NCBI RefSeq assembly: GCF_009914755.1
Contig: NC_060940.1
Strand: one strand, 5' to 3'
Source: the human T2T-CHM13v2.0 reference genome, Homo sapiens
DNA: 64,000 nucleotides
A program made the translations under genes and the position numbers. Shown here piece after piece: positions 42,589 to 57,412 of this stretch. The notes under the pieces were generated by a model. It was not told the DNA's origin. It worked only from the letters and a program-made list of their open reading frames with translations, and did no database searches. Within the stretch, counting starts at the first letter, position 1, and every line of letters starts with the position of its first letter.

Positions 42589-43174
42589 CTGAAATATAAA
42601 ATATAATTTTAATTTCAATGCATTGTCACAAACATGCTTTAAAATATGCTGAACAAAATAAAAAATTGCCTAACTGGCGATGGTTCTTAACCAAATCTCA
42701 TTTAATTGATATTTATTAGTCATACAACAAAATTTCTGACAAACTGATATGCGCTTACTCAATTAGCAAAGAAGCAGAATATTAATCAAAAGTACTTAAT
42801 CTAGGCTCCAAAACACATACTGAAATCCCCTAGAATTTACAATAAAAAACTTACCTGAATAAAAAATTAAATAAAATTTAGCAAAAAAAAAAAACACTTT
42901 AAAGGATGAGTAACAAAACATAGCAAGAAAAACAATTCAAGAAAATTCAGAAACCTACTTTAGAAAACAGAGGGACAAACAATATTTGTGCTATGTTCTG
43001 AGACTTTCCTAGAAATAAAACTCTTTTCAAAAATCATACTACCTGATAGTTTTTGTGTGTGTGTGATAACGCAACAAGCAGAATTTTACAAAAATAATAT
43101 AGACATAAAGATACAATCAACGTTTCATCCAGTTCCTAGAACCAGCCATTAGACCCTATCTCAAAGGCAAGGAC

Positions 43175-43590
43175 TAAGCCAGGCACAGAAAGACAAACAT
43201 CATGTTCTCACTTATTTGTGGGATCTAGAAATCAAAACAATTGAACTCATGGAGATAGATGATTACCAGAGGCTGGGAAGGGTAGTGGAAAGTGGTGGGT
43301 ATGGTACCAAAAAAAAAAAAAAAAAAAAAGAAAGAATGACTAAGACTTACTATTTGATAGCATAACAAAATAACCATAATCAATAATAATTTAATTGTAC
43401 ACTTTAAAATAACTAAAGAGTATAATTGGATTGTTTGTGTAACATAATGAATAAATCCTTCAGTGGATGGAAACCCCATTCTCCATGCCGTGATTATGCA
43501 CTGCATGTCTGTATCAAAACATCTCATGTACCCTATAAATATATACACCTATTATATAGCCACAAAAATTAAAAATAAATTAAAAAAAAA
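43175..43590 (+). mobile_element. L1MA/L1PB 3' UTR
   Basis: aagccaggcacagaaagacaaacat...atgttctcacttatttgtggg...catctcatgtaccctataaatatatacacc. Confidence 0.8.
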
Positions 43591-43593
43591 TTC

Positions 43594-43946
<353 letters not shown>

Positions 43947-44021
43947 TTACTTATCCCTGTATCCCCAATGCCTTGCACAAAGATTGGTTCCTAAAAGGTG
44001 ATTTTTTTTTTTTTTTTTTGA

Positions 44022-44135
<114 letters not shown>

Positions 44136-44174
44136 TAGCTGGGACCACAGGTGCACACTACCATGCCTGGCTGA

Positions 44175-44345
<171 letters not shown>

Positions 44346-44494
44346 TAAAGTTGGTCTGACAAAACAATGGTTTATATTCATCCTCATTTTAGACACACTG
44401 CAGAAAAGTGTTCTTGCCAATGTGAATTTCTATACCCAAAGCATATTTACCCACACATGACATGGTTGTGGGTTATCTTCATCCTTTGATCTGG

Positions 44495-44768
44495 AAAGAA
44501 GATGAAAGAGAAAGGAAAAGACAGGGAAAAGGGAAGGGAAGGAAAAAGGGAAGGGAAGGAAAAAGGGGAGGGGGGCAAAGGAGAAAGGGGAGAGGAGGGG
44601 AGGAGAAGGGAAAGGAGGGAGGGGAAGGGAAGAGAAAAGAAAGAAAGAGAGAGAGAGAGAAAGAAGAAAGGAAAGGCAAGGAAAGGAACGGAAAGGAAAG
44701 GAAACGAAAGGAAAGGAAAGGAAGGAAAGAGAGAGAAAGAGAGAAAGGAAGGGAGGGGGGAAGGAGGC
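44495..44768 (+). repeat. GA-rich polypurine low-complexity tract
   Basis: ~270 nt almost entirely A/G. Confidence 0.93.
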
Positions 44769-44892
44769 TAGATAAAATTATTCAAACATGTAAAAAAAAG
44801 GAAAGGAAATTAACTATAAAATTAGTTTTGAGTATACTGTTAAAATATAACACAATGCTTAAAGTATAATGAAATAAAGTTTTATATTTTAC

Positions 44893-45021
44893 CATTTTTC
44901 TCTGCAATAGCTCCTAATGTATATAAGGCTGCTTCTTTTACCATGCTATGTTCACTTGACTTTGCAAGATTTTTTACAAACATCAAACCACCAATTTCCC
45001 GAAAATAAACACTTGCATTAC
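44893..45021 (-). CDS. TERB1: TERB1 coding exon 3 (SNASVYFREIGGLMFVKNLAKSSEHSMVKEAALYTLGAIAEKN), ARM repeat
   Basis: 129 nt, phase 1-1, ARM-like GGL...AALYTLGAI. Confidence 0.95.
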
Positions 45022-45206
45022 CTGTAGGATGTGCAGAAAAAAAACAAAATAGAAATGATATTTATTTTCAGGGATAAAATAAATCACATGAAGACGTAAC
45101 ATGATATGTAGAATAACTGAATGGAAGATAAAGAACTATGCTTATTTGATATATCAGAGTACTAAAGAACTAGAATCACAGATAAAAATTCACTATTATA
45201 TCTTAC

Positions 45207-45317
45207 TGTTTTGTTGACAAATTGAATGAATAGTGACCAAAGCTTCCTTTTGTGAAAAAGCATTGTCCATTTGATACTTTAGACACTCCAATAATAAGTT
45301 CAGGTCAGTCTTCATTT
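45207..45317 (-). CDS. TERB1: TERB1 coding exon 2 (EMKTDLNLLLECLKYQMDNAFSQKEALVTIHSICQQN)
   Basis: AG/GT bounded, 111 nt, phase 1-1. Confidence 0.95.
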
Positions 45318-45624
45318 CTAAAGAACAAAAATGTCATTATTTTAAACCAAAAGGTTTATTTCATAAACTAACCATTCAAATTTCACTTACTAAATACATA
45401 TCTTTGGAATGGTCAACTTTTAAAGTAATAGGCAGGTATTACTTTTATAATCCAACAACCATGTATTTTTTTTAAAAATGTTCTTTAAATAAAATAACTT
45501 AAAATGAACATCTTATAGTTCTTTGAGTTTCCCTTTTTATAAATATAGGAATAGAAAGTCCAAATATTATTCTCTTTAAGTAAAGCCACACTGGTTTAAA
45601 TATCTGTCATTTAGAAAAAAAAAG

Positions 45625-46890
45625 TGGATAAAAATGAAAATAACAACATATGAGAATTTGTGGGATGCTACAAAAACAGTATTTAAGATGAAAGGTCTCA
45701 GATCAATGACATCGGCTCCCACCTAGGAAATTAGAAAAAGAACAAATTAAACCCAATATAGGTACAATAAAGGAAATTATAAAGATCTAAGCTGAAACCA
45801 GTGAAACAGAAAACAAATACAGAGGAAGTTCTTTGAGAAGAGCAACAAAACTGATAAACTTCTAGCCAGATGAATTAGGAAAAAAGGAGTAAAGACACAA
45901 ATTACCAATATCAGAAATGAGAGAGATGGCATTACCACATTCCACAGATATTCGGAAGATATTAAGGGAGTACTACATACAATTTCATACCTACAGATTG
46001 AACAACTTAGGTGAAATGACATCACCAAAACTCACCCAAGAAGAAAAAGACAACTTGAATAGTCCTATATCTATGAAAGAAGTTGAATTAAGAGTTAAAA
46101 ACTTTTCCTCAAAGAAAACTCTAGGTTCAGATGGTTTCATCTGTAAATTCTACCAAACATTTAAGGAGGGAATAATATAAATTCTACTCAATTTTTTTCA
46201 AAAGTTTAAGAGAAGGAATACTTCCCAACTTATTCTATGAGGCTGGTATTACCTTTATACCAAAACGGAAGCCATTAGCAACAAAACTACAGACCAGTTT
46301 CCCTCATGAACATACATGCAAAAAGTCTAAACAATTTTAGCAAATTGAATCCAACAATATATTAAAATAAAAATACATCACGACTAAGTGGGTTTATCCC
46401 AGAAATACAAGGTTGATTTATGATTTAAAAAAAATCAATGTAACAAAACTTAAACAGGAAAACCTTTTGGTCATCTCAATAGATGTAAAAACAGCATCTG
46501 ATAAAATCCAACGTGCATCCCTGATTAAAGAAAAATATTCCGCAAATTTGGAATAGAAAGGAACTTCCTCAACCTGGCAAAGTGCATTTACAGTTGAAAA
46601 CCCTACAGCAAACATCATACTTAACAGGGAGAGACTGAATATCTTCTCTCTAAAACCAGGTATAAGACAGAGATGTTTGTTCGTATCACCACTCCTATAT
46701 AACATTGTCCCGAAGAGTCTAGCCAGTGCCGTCAGGTAAGAAAAAAGAAATAAAAGGCACCCAAATTGGCAAGGAAGTATTTGAATTTGCATACAACATG
46801 ATCTTCTATATAACTGGATGGAATCTACAGAAAGCTACTAGAATCAGTGAACTAAGTTTTCCAGATAACTCTTTAATACATAAAAATAGA
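45625..46890 (+). mobile_element. L1M ORF2 fragment
   Basis: Decayed ORF2 peptide (LNSPISMKEVE...KKTLGSDGFICKFYQTFKEGII). Confidence 0.85.
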
Positions 46891-46894
46891 TTGT

Positions 46895-47280
46895 ACAGCC
46901 AAGTGTTGCTTAATGATGGGGATACATTCTGAGAAAAGCATCATTAGTTGATTTTATCATTGTATCAACATCATAGACTTTACTTACACAAACCTAGATG
47001 GTAGAGTTTATTACACATCTAGGTTGTATGGACAGCTATTGCTCCTAGGCTATAAACCTACACAGCATGTTACTGTATTGAATAATATAGTCAATTGTAA
47101 TACAATGGCAAATTTTTGTATATCTAAACACATCTAAACATAGAAAAGCTATAATACAGATTTTTTTTTAGAAGATATATCCAGAAGCTGATATGGGTGC
47201 ATCAGCGAGTGAGTGCTGAATGAATGTGAAGGCCTAAGACATTATTGTACACTACTGTAGACTTTATACTACTCAATTTA
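46895..47280 (+). mobile_element. Tigger3-family (TcMar) DNA transposon fragment
   Basis: gcttaatgatggggatacattctgagaaa...acttacacaaacctagatgg...gctcctaggctataaacc. Confidence 0.78.
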
Positions 47281-47681
47281 TTTTTAAAATTTTATTTTAT
47301 TTTATAAAATTTTATTTTATTTTATTTTGCACTCCAACCTGGACAATAAGAGCAAGACTCTGTCTCAAAAAAACAAAACAAAAAAAATTTAGAGTTCTGA
47401 AAGATATAGGATGAAGGGTGGATATAATATAGAGGAGCATACTAAGAGAAATTAAGATGTATCATCAATCAATACAGTACTTAGTCTCACTCTTTGTTTT
47501 GTGGTTTGGTTTTTTTTTTTTTTTTTTTTTTTTGAGATGGAGTCTCGCTTTCTCACCCAGGCGGGAGCGCAGTGGTGCTATCTCACTCACTGCAACCTCT
47601 GCCTCCTAGGTTCAAGTGATTCTCCTGCCTCAGCCTCCCGAATAGCTGGGATTACAAGTGCCCACCGCCATGCCCGGCTAA

Positions 47682-48179
<498 letters not shown>

Positions 48180-48359
48180 TAGTGAAAAACCATAGTACAA
48201 AGGTTATCACTAAGATGCTTTTAGCAACAGCAAATATTTATCTATCATTTTGTACACTAACAGACACTATAAGAAGGTAAGTTTGACTATGGATACCAAT
48301 AAGCCACATCAACGTGCCAAAGAAAATTTTTGATGGAGCATAATGATTTTCAGTTCTAG

Positions 48360-48581
<222 letters not shown>

Positions 48582-49020
48582 TAAACGGGATTTTGCCATG
48601 TTGCCCAGGCTGGTTTCAAACTCCTGAGCTCAAGCCATCCTCCCACCTCGGCCTCCCAAAGTGCTGGGATTATAAGTGTGAGCCACCAAGCCTGGTCTGC
48701 AAGAAACTTCTTTACGTATTCCTCCATTCCCTTCTGTATGCCTTTCTCATACTTTGGTATCTCCTATCATAATCCTTCCCTTCCCAGCCAAAGCATCTCC
48801 TGACATAACAACTATCATGTTTCACCTTGGTTTTTATCTTCTCTAGGCAAAGTAACCTAGTTCCTTCAATACCTCCTGAATAAAATAAACCAGCAAACAC
48901 TGAAGTGAATACAAAAAACACAATCAGGCTGGGCACAGTGGCTCACGCCTGTAATCCCAGCACTTTGGGAGGCCGAGGTGGGTGGATCACAAGGTCAGGA
49001 GATGGAGACCATCCTGGCTA

Positions 49021-49287
<267 letters not shown>

Positions 49288-49569
49288 TTATACCTCAAAA
49301 GACACTATCAAGAATGCAGAACAACAGCCCAGTCTAGCAGAAAATATCTGCAAATCAGTTATCCAAATAAATAGGGGGCTTGTGTTCAGAACACATAAAG
49401 AATTCTTAAAGTGCAATTCTAAAATCACAATCTAAAGTGTGGAATGGATTTAAATAGACATCTGTCCAAAGATGACAGATTGCCAATAAGTATATGAAAA
49501 GATGCTCAACATCACTGGTCATTAGGCAAATGCAAATCAAAACCACAATTAGATACCACTTCACCCTGT

Positions 49570-49850
49570 TGCTAAACAATTGACTGATGGGAGCTGATGG
49601 ATAAATACTCTTCACCCTTTGGCTGGGATGACTCTCAGGGACATGACTCTAAACTGGCTCCCAGTTTCCCAGTGGGCTTAAGCTCCAGTTACCCATAATA
49701 ACTACTTATTTGATAACATACTCTCTGTCTTCTTTTTCCTATCTCATTTTCCCACTTTCCAGCTAGTGTTTCCTGGGATCACTTTCTGAAAAAAGGTACT
49801 TGCACTCAAATCCTTATCTCACAGTCTACTTCTGGGAGCAATCTAAAGAC
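49570..49850 (+). mobile_element. LTR16-like ERVL LTR fragment
   Basis: tttcctgggatcact...tacttgcactcaaatccttatctca...tacttctggg 3' motif. Confidence 0.6.
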
Positions 49851-51065
49851 TTAAAATGGAAGAGAGTGAGGTGTGGGACTGAGGTTGGAGGTTTCGTAAA
49901 TGGTTTGAGAGGGGAATCACCAACAGTTATCCCCTATCTCTCCAGTTTTCAACTTCTCCCTCTCCACAATCTCCATTCCCTCTTCAGAAATTCTGTCTTT
50001 TATAACACTTTCTTGACATTACAACTTTCCTCTAGCTACTGCCATATATCTTACTATTTATTTATTTATGAATGAATGACAGGGTCTCGCTCTGTCATCA
50101 ACGCTTAAGTGCAGTGGTTCACTGTAGCCTTGACCTCCCAGGCTCAAGTGATCCTCCCACCTCAGCCTCCCAAGTAGCTGGTACTACAGGTGTGTACCAC
50201 CACGCCCAGTTAATTTTTAATTGTTTTTGTAGAGACGAGGTCTCAATGTGTTGCCCAGTTTAGACTCAAACTCCTGGGCTCAAGTGATCCCCCACTTTGG
50301 CCTCCCAAAGTGCTGGAATGATAGGAGTGAGCCACCACACCCGGCTGATCATATATCTTTAGTCAAGCTCTTAAAGAGTAAGCAATTCATACTGTGTGTC
50401 TTCAGATCTTAATTTTCCACTCAAATCTAAACAGACTGCAATCGGGCTAAAATCTATTAAGTTTACCATTAACATAACAAATTACATCCTAAATGCAAAA
50501 CGCAGTGGAAAATTCAGTCCTCAGCTGTGGCATTTGACATTTTAGGCTCTTAAGCAACCTCTTTCTCATGAAGCATTCTCGTAAGGTTCTGATTTCCAAG
50601 ATACCACATTCCTCTCTTTTCACCTTTTTGAAATGTTTTTCTCAGACTTTTTTTAAGGGCTGTCTTCCTCAGCTAAAACCTTATGTGATGGTGTATATTA
50701 TTGAACACTTTTCTCTCTGGTTAACCTCCTCCATGCCCATGGATTCAGTTTCCATCTTTCTGGGAACAATTCTGAAATCTGTACCTGCAGGCATCCTTTG
50801 ATGGTAGTCCTCTCAGGTTCCCATTATTCTTGTATACACTGACATTAAATCAACTATCACATGATATTCTAATTGTCAGTATGTCTTTTCCCATTAGAAT
50901 GTCAGTTTCCTGAAGCCAGAAATTATGTGACAGGCACAGAGTAGTGCTCAATAGTTATGTAAATGGCTGAATGATTCTTTCATTTCCTGGATCCTGTCAG
51001 ATAATCTACAGTACATCCTACCAATACAAAACTCATTGCAGATATATGATCCATCAATTTCTCAC

Positions 51066-51096
51066 CTTGTGTTTTCTTTGTGTCTTCACTTTCCAT
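51066..51096 (-). CDS. TERB1: TERB1 first coding exon (MESEDTKKTQ); exon including UTR spans 51066-51128
   Basis: ATG in strong Kozak AGCATGG; GTGAG donor; 31 coding nt. Confidence 0.92.
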
Positions 51097-51916
51097 GCTT
51101 GTCTATATTCTTTTTCCTTATATTTTGTCTATAAGATAAAGGTATTTTCTCAATTTAAATCAATGTTTGAGAATGGCAAAGATATAAGTACAAATGGGCG
51201 GGAAAAATTGTTTTCCTGAAGCCAAAAGACCGAGGAACTACAACTTTTAAAATAATAATTAAACTTAATTAACTTAGTTAATAAGTTGAATCTGCAACTT
51301 ATTAGATGCGTGATATCAAGCAGGTTGATTAAATTCTTTGAGGCTCTGTATCCTCATCTGTAAAATAGAAATGATATTCCTATTTCACAGAGATGTTACC
51401 ATAATTACATTGAAAAACATAAACATATCTGGCATTTCTAAGCACTATATGCATTCAACAAATTTTATTAAGCAAATGAATGATTGGGTGACTGGATCTA
51501 ACTGGACCTCTTAGCTGGTCCCATTTCCTTCCTTTTTTTTTTTTTGGACAGCAGGGTCTCACTCTGACACCCAGGCTGGAGCGCAGTGGCTTGATCACGA
51601 CTCCCTGCAGCCTTGACCTCCCAGGATAAGGTGATCCTCCCACCTCAGCTTCCAGAGTAGCTGAAACTACAGGCACATGCCACCATACTTGGCTAATTTT
51701 TTGTATTTTTTGTAGAGACGGGGTTTCGCCATATTGCCCAGGCTGGTCACAAACTCCCGGTCTCAAGCAATCCACACACCTCAGCCTCCCAAAGTGCTGA
51801 GATTACAGGTGTGAGCTCCCACACCCAGCCCCCATTTTCTTATTTTCTTCATGGAAATCTTCATCTCATAGTTTCAGATTAGGGACCCCTCTACCTAAGA
51901 GAGGTTTAAAAACACA

Positions 51917-51918
<2 letters not shown>

Positions 51919-51956
<38 letters not shown>
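51919..51956 (+). repeat. (CA)n microsatellite, ~19 units
   Basis: Direct reading. Confidence 0.95.
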
Positions 51957-51959
<3 letters not shown>

Positions 51960-52659
51960 TTAGATTGGCCTTTCTCTTCACAAGCTAAATACTAAATTAA
52001 CAACCCATGGTTATTTTCAACATGGTATAGTGAGATGGGATCTCACTATGATGTCCAGACTGGTCTCCTGAGCTCAAGCAATCCACCCACCTCAGCCTCT
52101 CAAAGTGCTGGGATTACACACTTGAGCCACCATGCCCAGCCTAGAACCATTTTTAAAATAACTGGCAACTCTGATATGGCCTCTCACATACCCTACTTTA
52201 AAATGCTAAACTGATTAGTTAGAAAAAATGCCTCAGAGTCCAGTTAACTTCTTAGAGCAACAAATCAGGATTCACAAAACTCTAAAATTCTTATTTATTC
52301 CAACACTATGTTGTTAAAGAGAGATATCCAATTATCCATTTATAGAGCAAGGCCTTGTCTCAAAAAGAAAAAAAAAAAAAGAAAATACCTAAGCACAAAG
52401 AAATGTTTAAAGAAATAACAAATGTAAAAATCTTTTATAAAGTAGTATACAAATGTACAAGTATATTATTTTTGCCTTTTTTTTTTTTTAAGAGATAGGG
52501 TCTCAATCTGTCACCCAGGCTGTAGTGCAGTGGCATGATCTTGGCTCACTGCAGCTTCAAACTCCTGGGCTCAAGTGATCCTCCTGCCTCAGCATTCCGA
52601 GTAGCTGAGTCTACAGGCACACATCACCACACTGGGCTAATTTTTTAATATTTTTGTAG

Positions 52660-52782
<123 letters not shown>

Positions 52783-53516
52783 TAACCTAAATATTACATT
52801 ACAATAGAAGTAGGTATGTTATAAGTCCACAGGATTGGATATTATTACAAGAATATTCACATTTACTAGAAATGTTCAATAGCAAAGAAAAATGCTATGT
52901 TACAAAGTTAACCAAAAAGAGTATAAGACTCAATTTAATCTATAGTATGATCCAAAGTAGATAGAGGTAAACATAAAATAAGACTGGCTAGAAAGACGAC
53001 ATATTAACACTTGTCTTTAGTTGGTGGTTCTATGGGTTTTATCCCACTATTTTCTATTTTTCACAATTTTTATAATAACAGCTTCTAACATTCAGTAAAT
53101 ACCTATTGAGGCTAGACTTTGTTCTTTACACCTTATGAATATTCTTTTTAGTCTTCACAATAACCTTATGAGGGAATTATAAGGACGAAGATACATGAGG
53201 AGAGGGCAAATAATTTGACTAACTTCAAAGTGCTAGTAAGTGCTAGAGTTAAAATGGGAGCCAAGAAAATTTCAGGCTAGGGCCTACACTCTTATCCTCT
53301 CTTATACTGTCTCCCATATATAAATACATATTGCTTTTGAACAAATGGGTTAAGATTTGGAAAATATTACTAGATTTAAAAAGATGAACTCTTTAGAAAA
53401 TGGAAAATTGTTATCATATATGGATGTTTTTGTTTCATGGACAACCTTAAGGACTATTTCCTTAATTTTAATTATCCAATCTATTCTGCTTTTAATGTAA
53501 TTTTTAAGAGGTGTAA

Positions 53517-53645
<129 letters not shown>

Positions 53646-54515
53646 TGAGTGGCTGGAATTACAGGCACGCACCACCATGCCTGGCTAATTTTTGTATTTT
53701 TAGTAGAGACAGGCTTTCACGATGTTGGCCACGCTGGTCTCGAACTCCTGATCTCAGGTGATCCACCCGCCTCGGCCTCCGAAATTGCTGGGGTTACAGG
53801 TGTGAGCCACCGTGCCTGGCCTAAGAGGGGTAATGTATAACTTTTAAACCTAAATGCTTTAAAATTAAAACTGGTCACCCACACTCTTTTCTCCCTTTGT
53901 TTTTATACTTTTTTCTTATAAATGGTTACTTTGCACAAAAAGAGTTTGCCAAGTACTTGGTAGCATTAACACAAGTCATCTATTTACTTGAGAAGTGCTT
54001 ACAAACACCCATAGCAAAGGATAAGTTATAACTTTCAAGGGATTGATAATCAGAAAATTATATTTAAAATTATAAAACAAGTATATTCTCAAGAACAAAA
54101 GCATCTGCCATATAAAGCAGATTATGAAGTGCTTTTAGTAATTTAGTGAATATATGTACTGCCACAAACAAGGAGATTTCAAAATTCTTTACTGTATTCT
54201 CACAGGAAAAAAGGATTTTTTTCTGGATGACAGAGAGAACCTCTCCCACTTACACGTTTCACTCAACCCACTCCCCAAAACAGTAGTGTTAACTCAAATT
54301 CAAATTTCAGCAAGAAAAGTAGCTGAATATTACTTGTTTACCTGATTTAGAAAATGTATACAAAAGCTTTTGGGGGGCCGGGCGTGGTAGCTCGCGCCTG
54401 TAATCCCAGCACTTTGGGAGGCCGAGGTGGGCGGAAGACTTCAGGCCAGGAGTTGGAGACCAGCCTGGCCAACATGGTGAAACCCCGTCTCTACCAAAGA
54501 AAAGTACAAAAATTA

Positions 54516-54894
<379 letters not shown>

Positions 54895-55199
54895 TAAATG
54901 GCATCTTTTTGTGTAAGGCTGGCAGGGCTGATAATCCCACCACTAAATTGTTTTTTGTCAGCGGATATCCAGCTTGTAATTATATATAGCGAAAATACCC
55001 TCTAAAGAAGACGCAAGAAGAGAGAAGGGGCAAATTTGTTTTCGATCGTTTAAACGGTCAAGAAATAACAGTCATTCAGGTCCCAGAAAACGCACTGTGG
55101 GTACCAGAAGTCAGCTGGCTCTGCAATATGAACACCCCCCCACTCCAGCCCAGAGCATAAATCCTCAGGGCCTCCTCCCAGGTTCCACAGGTAACAGAC

Positions 55200-56200
55200 A
55201 CGTAACCTTTCCAAGGCGGGGGCGCTCACCCCGCCCGGCTTCCTGCCCATTCAGCCTGCGGCCCGCTCACCTACAGAGTTGGATGAATTCCTTGTGCAGA
55301 GCTTAGGTGGCCCCTCCAGGCTCCTCTCTGACCAGGGCTCGCAAGTCCTGCGTGGGAGCAGGACACTGGTTAGCCGCGCGGGCCACTCGTGAGCCATCAG
55401 CACCCTCAGCAGGCCCTCCCCGCTCAGGTGCTGTGTGACATGCGGCCCGGCCCTGGCCCTGGGAAACGACCTCACCGGTGGGTCCCACCCTCTCCACACA
55501 TCAAAGTCACCTGGGGAGGCGCCTGGGGAGTCAGAAGTGAAATAGGGGGGAATACTGCCAGGCTTTACACGTCTCTAAATGGTGCATCACGTGATGACTG
55601 TCTCTTCCCGCCAAGGGCTGTGGGGACTACAGCCGGGGCCTGGCACCTGCTCATAAAGGCCCCGTCCCCCCAACTCGACCCTTCTCACGTGGGCTAAGGG
55701 CCTGACGGGGCGGTAAGACATCCTGGCCGGCCCAACCCGCCTTACACAGGCGCCAACATACAGAGTTTCCAAGCGCGGTAAGGCAGGACAACAACGCGCG
55801 GGAGCGGAGGCCGTGGCGTCTACCCTCAAGCGGGAGCTTCCGCCCTTTCTTCATCACCGCTCACCTGCCACGACGCACGACAGGGTTTCCCGCCCAGCCG
55901 ACCAGGCTCACGTCCGTGGGCGGGACTTCCGGCCGGCAGCCCCGCCGCCCCTGCAAGGTGTCTTACGCTTCCGCGGGTGCCCTAGGTTGCCAAGGGCAAT
56001 GGGGTGGTCGGTGTCCCGGCCGCAAGATTTTTTAAAAAGCTACAATTTGAAAGAGAAATCTCACCGCCCCCGGTTTTTAGGGTTTTTACCTCAGACGAGC
56101 ATTAGCCCCAAAATTAGGGGACTGTGCACGCGGTTGACGAGGCCTGGCTATGGGACGGTGGCCGCGAAGCACAGGACGGCGAAGCCCCAACCTCCCCTCC
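55200..56200. promoter_or_regulatory. TERB1: CpG island / TERB1 germline promoter and first exon
   Basis: CpG-rich non-Alu segment upstream of the TERB1 coding exons; E-box, E2F6, ETS and X-box-like motifs. Confidence 0.88.
55271..55347 (-). other. TERB1: TERB1 5' UTR exon (non-coding)
   Basis: Acceptor cctgctcccacgcag, donor TAG|GTGAGC, 77 nt, within the CpG island. Confidence 0.7.
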
Positions 56201-57189
56201 ACCTGGCATCTGTGCTGTGTGTTCTCCCTTTTGTTGGGCACCTCGCTAATCGTCACCACAGCCCCACAGGGGCAGCCAGGCCTCCACCTCACCAGGGGGC
56301 TTCCGGAGTTCAGTCCAGGAGGACTTCTCCGCGCCTGGACCAAAGGATCAGAGTGGGGCCAAGGCCTGTCCCTTGCCGCCTCTGCCGTAAAATGCAGCCC
56401 ATGGGACTGCTAGGCGATGAAGGCGAGGGGAAGGTCCCCGATACAGTGAAGAACAGCCAAAGAATGGCTGACACATTAGCGTCTGGAAAACCAAGTCCCT
56501 GTGAGGTACCCTAGCAAATCTAACAGGTTCTCACTTAAGAGACGCTGGCCTCAGAGACAGTTGCAGCAGATTAGGGGCCTTAGCTACTAAGAGTCATGCA
56601 CCACGGACCACGTTCCTCAGCCCTAAGTATTAATACATCAAGCCCAAAACCGGGAACTGCCCCCACTTCTGGATTCTGGATTTCCACTCTGTTTGCATCT
56701 ACTACTTCCTTTTTTTTTTTGCCCTCTAATATGCTGGTGAATGCTATTAGTCCCATGTGATTAAATTTAAGAGTATATATAATATGAGTAGAATGACCCC
56801 ATAAAATTTCAAGAAGTAGGTTAGGCAGCCAAAACTCAAGTTAATTAAGATAATACTACATACAAGGGGATGGTCTTGTTTTCTGGGAAAACTACATATC
56901 CAGAAATATCTTTTTAAATTCTATTCATTTTAACAAATGATGATGGTCCTAAAATGTCCATAGCTAACATCTGCACATGGCTTAAATTCATTATTGAAGA
57001 TGGTAAGAAAAAAAATTTTTAATTATCTCTAATAAAACACAAGGATAATCTATGACAAGTAACTTTGAAATAGCAAGCCAATATTGATGCTCAGTGAGAA
57101 ATGGATAGGATTCATTTTCTAGGAAAATGACTGTCTCCTTTCCCCTCCCCACAAAGAACAAGACTACATTATTACAAATGAGAAAAATG

Positions 57190-57195
57190 TTTATT
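57190..57195 (-). terminator. NAE1: NAE1 polyadenylation signal AATAAA
   Basis: tttatt on plus strand, ~110 nt after the stop. Confidence 0.8.
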
Positions 57196-57302
57196 AAGAA
57201 AACAATTTAGCAGCTCTCCTTTAGAATTTTACAGACTAAAGCACAACCCGAAGGCAATTACAGTTTCAATCATTAACACACTACTTAAGGTGCTTGCTTA
57301 CT

Positions 57303-57412
57303 CTACAACTGGAAAGTTGCTGAAGTTTGTGACATGCCACTGTAAATGTAAGTATTATTAAAAATTACAAATTGTTTGGTGATTATTTTGATGACCTCTT
57401 GAGCAGCAGCTC
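57303..57412 (-). CDS. NAE1: NAE1 last coding exon ([36 protein letters not shown])
   Basis: Recognised APPBP1/NAE1 C-terminus; CAG acceptor; TAG stop. Confidence 0.97.

Noticed and set aside
44462-44869. Lys/Arg/Glu-rich ORFs (also the Leu/Ser/Phe-rich ORFs at 30770-31278)
   Set aside because: Products of homopurine low-complexity tracts
45917-46932. ORFs resembling L1 ORF2
   Set aside because: Fragmented, stop-ridden ancient L1; not functional
55813-56514. 233-aa plus-strand ORF at the TERB1 promoter
   Set aside because: Starts at GTG, lies in GC-rich promoter DNA, has no recognisable domain; no support from sequence alone
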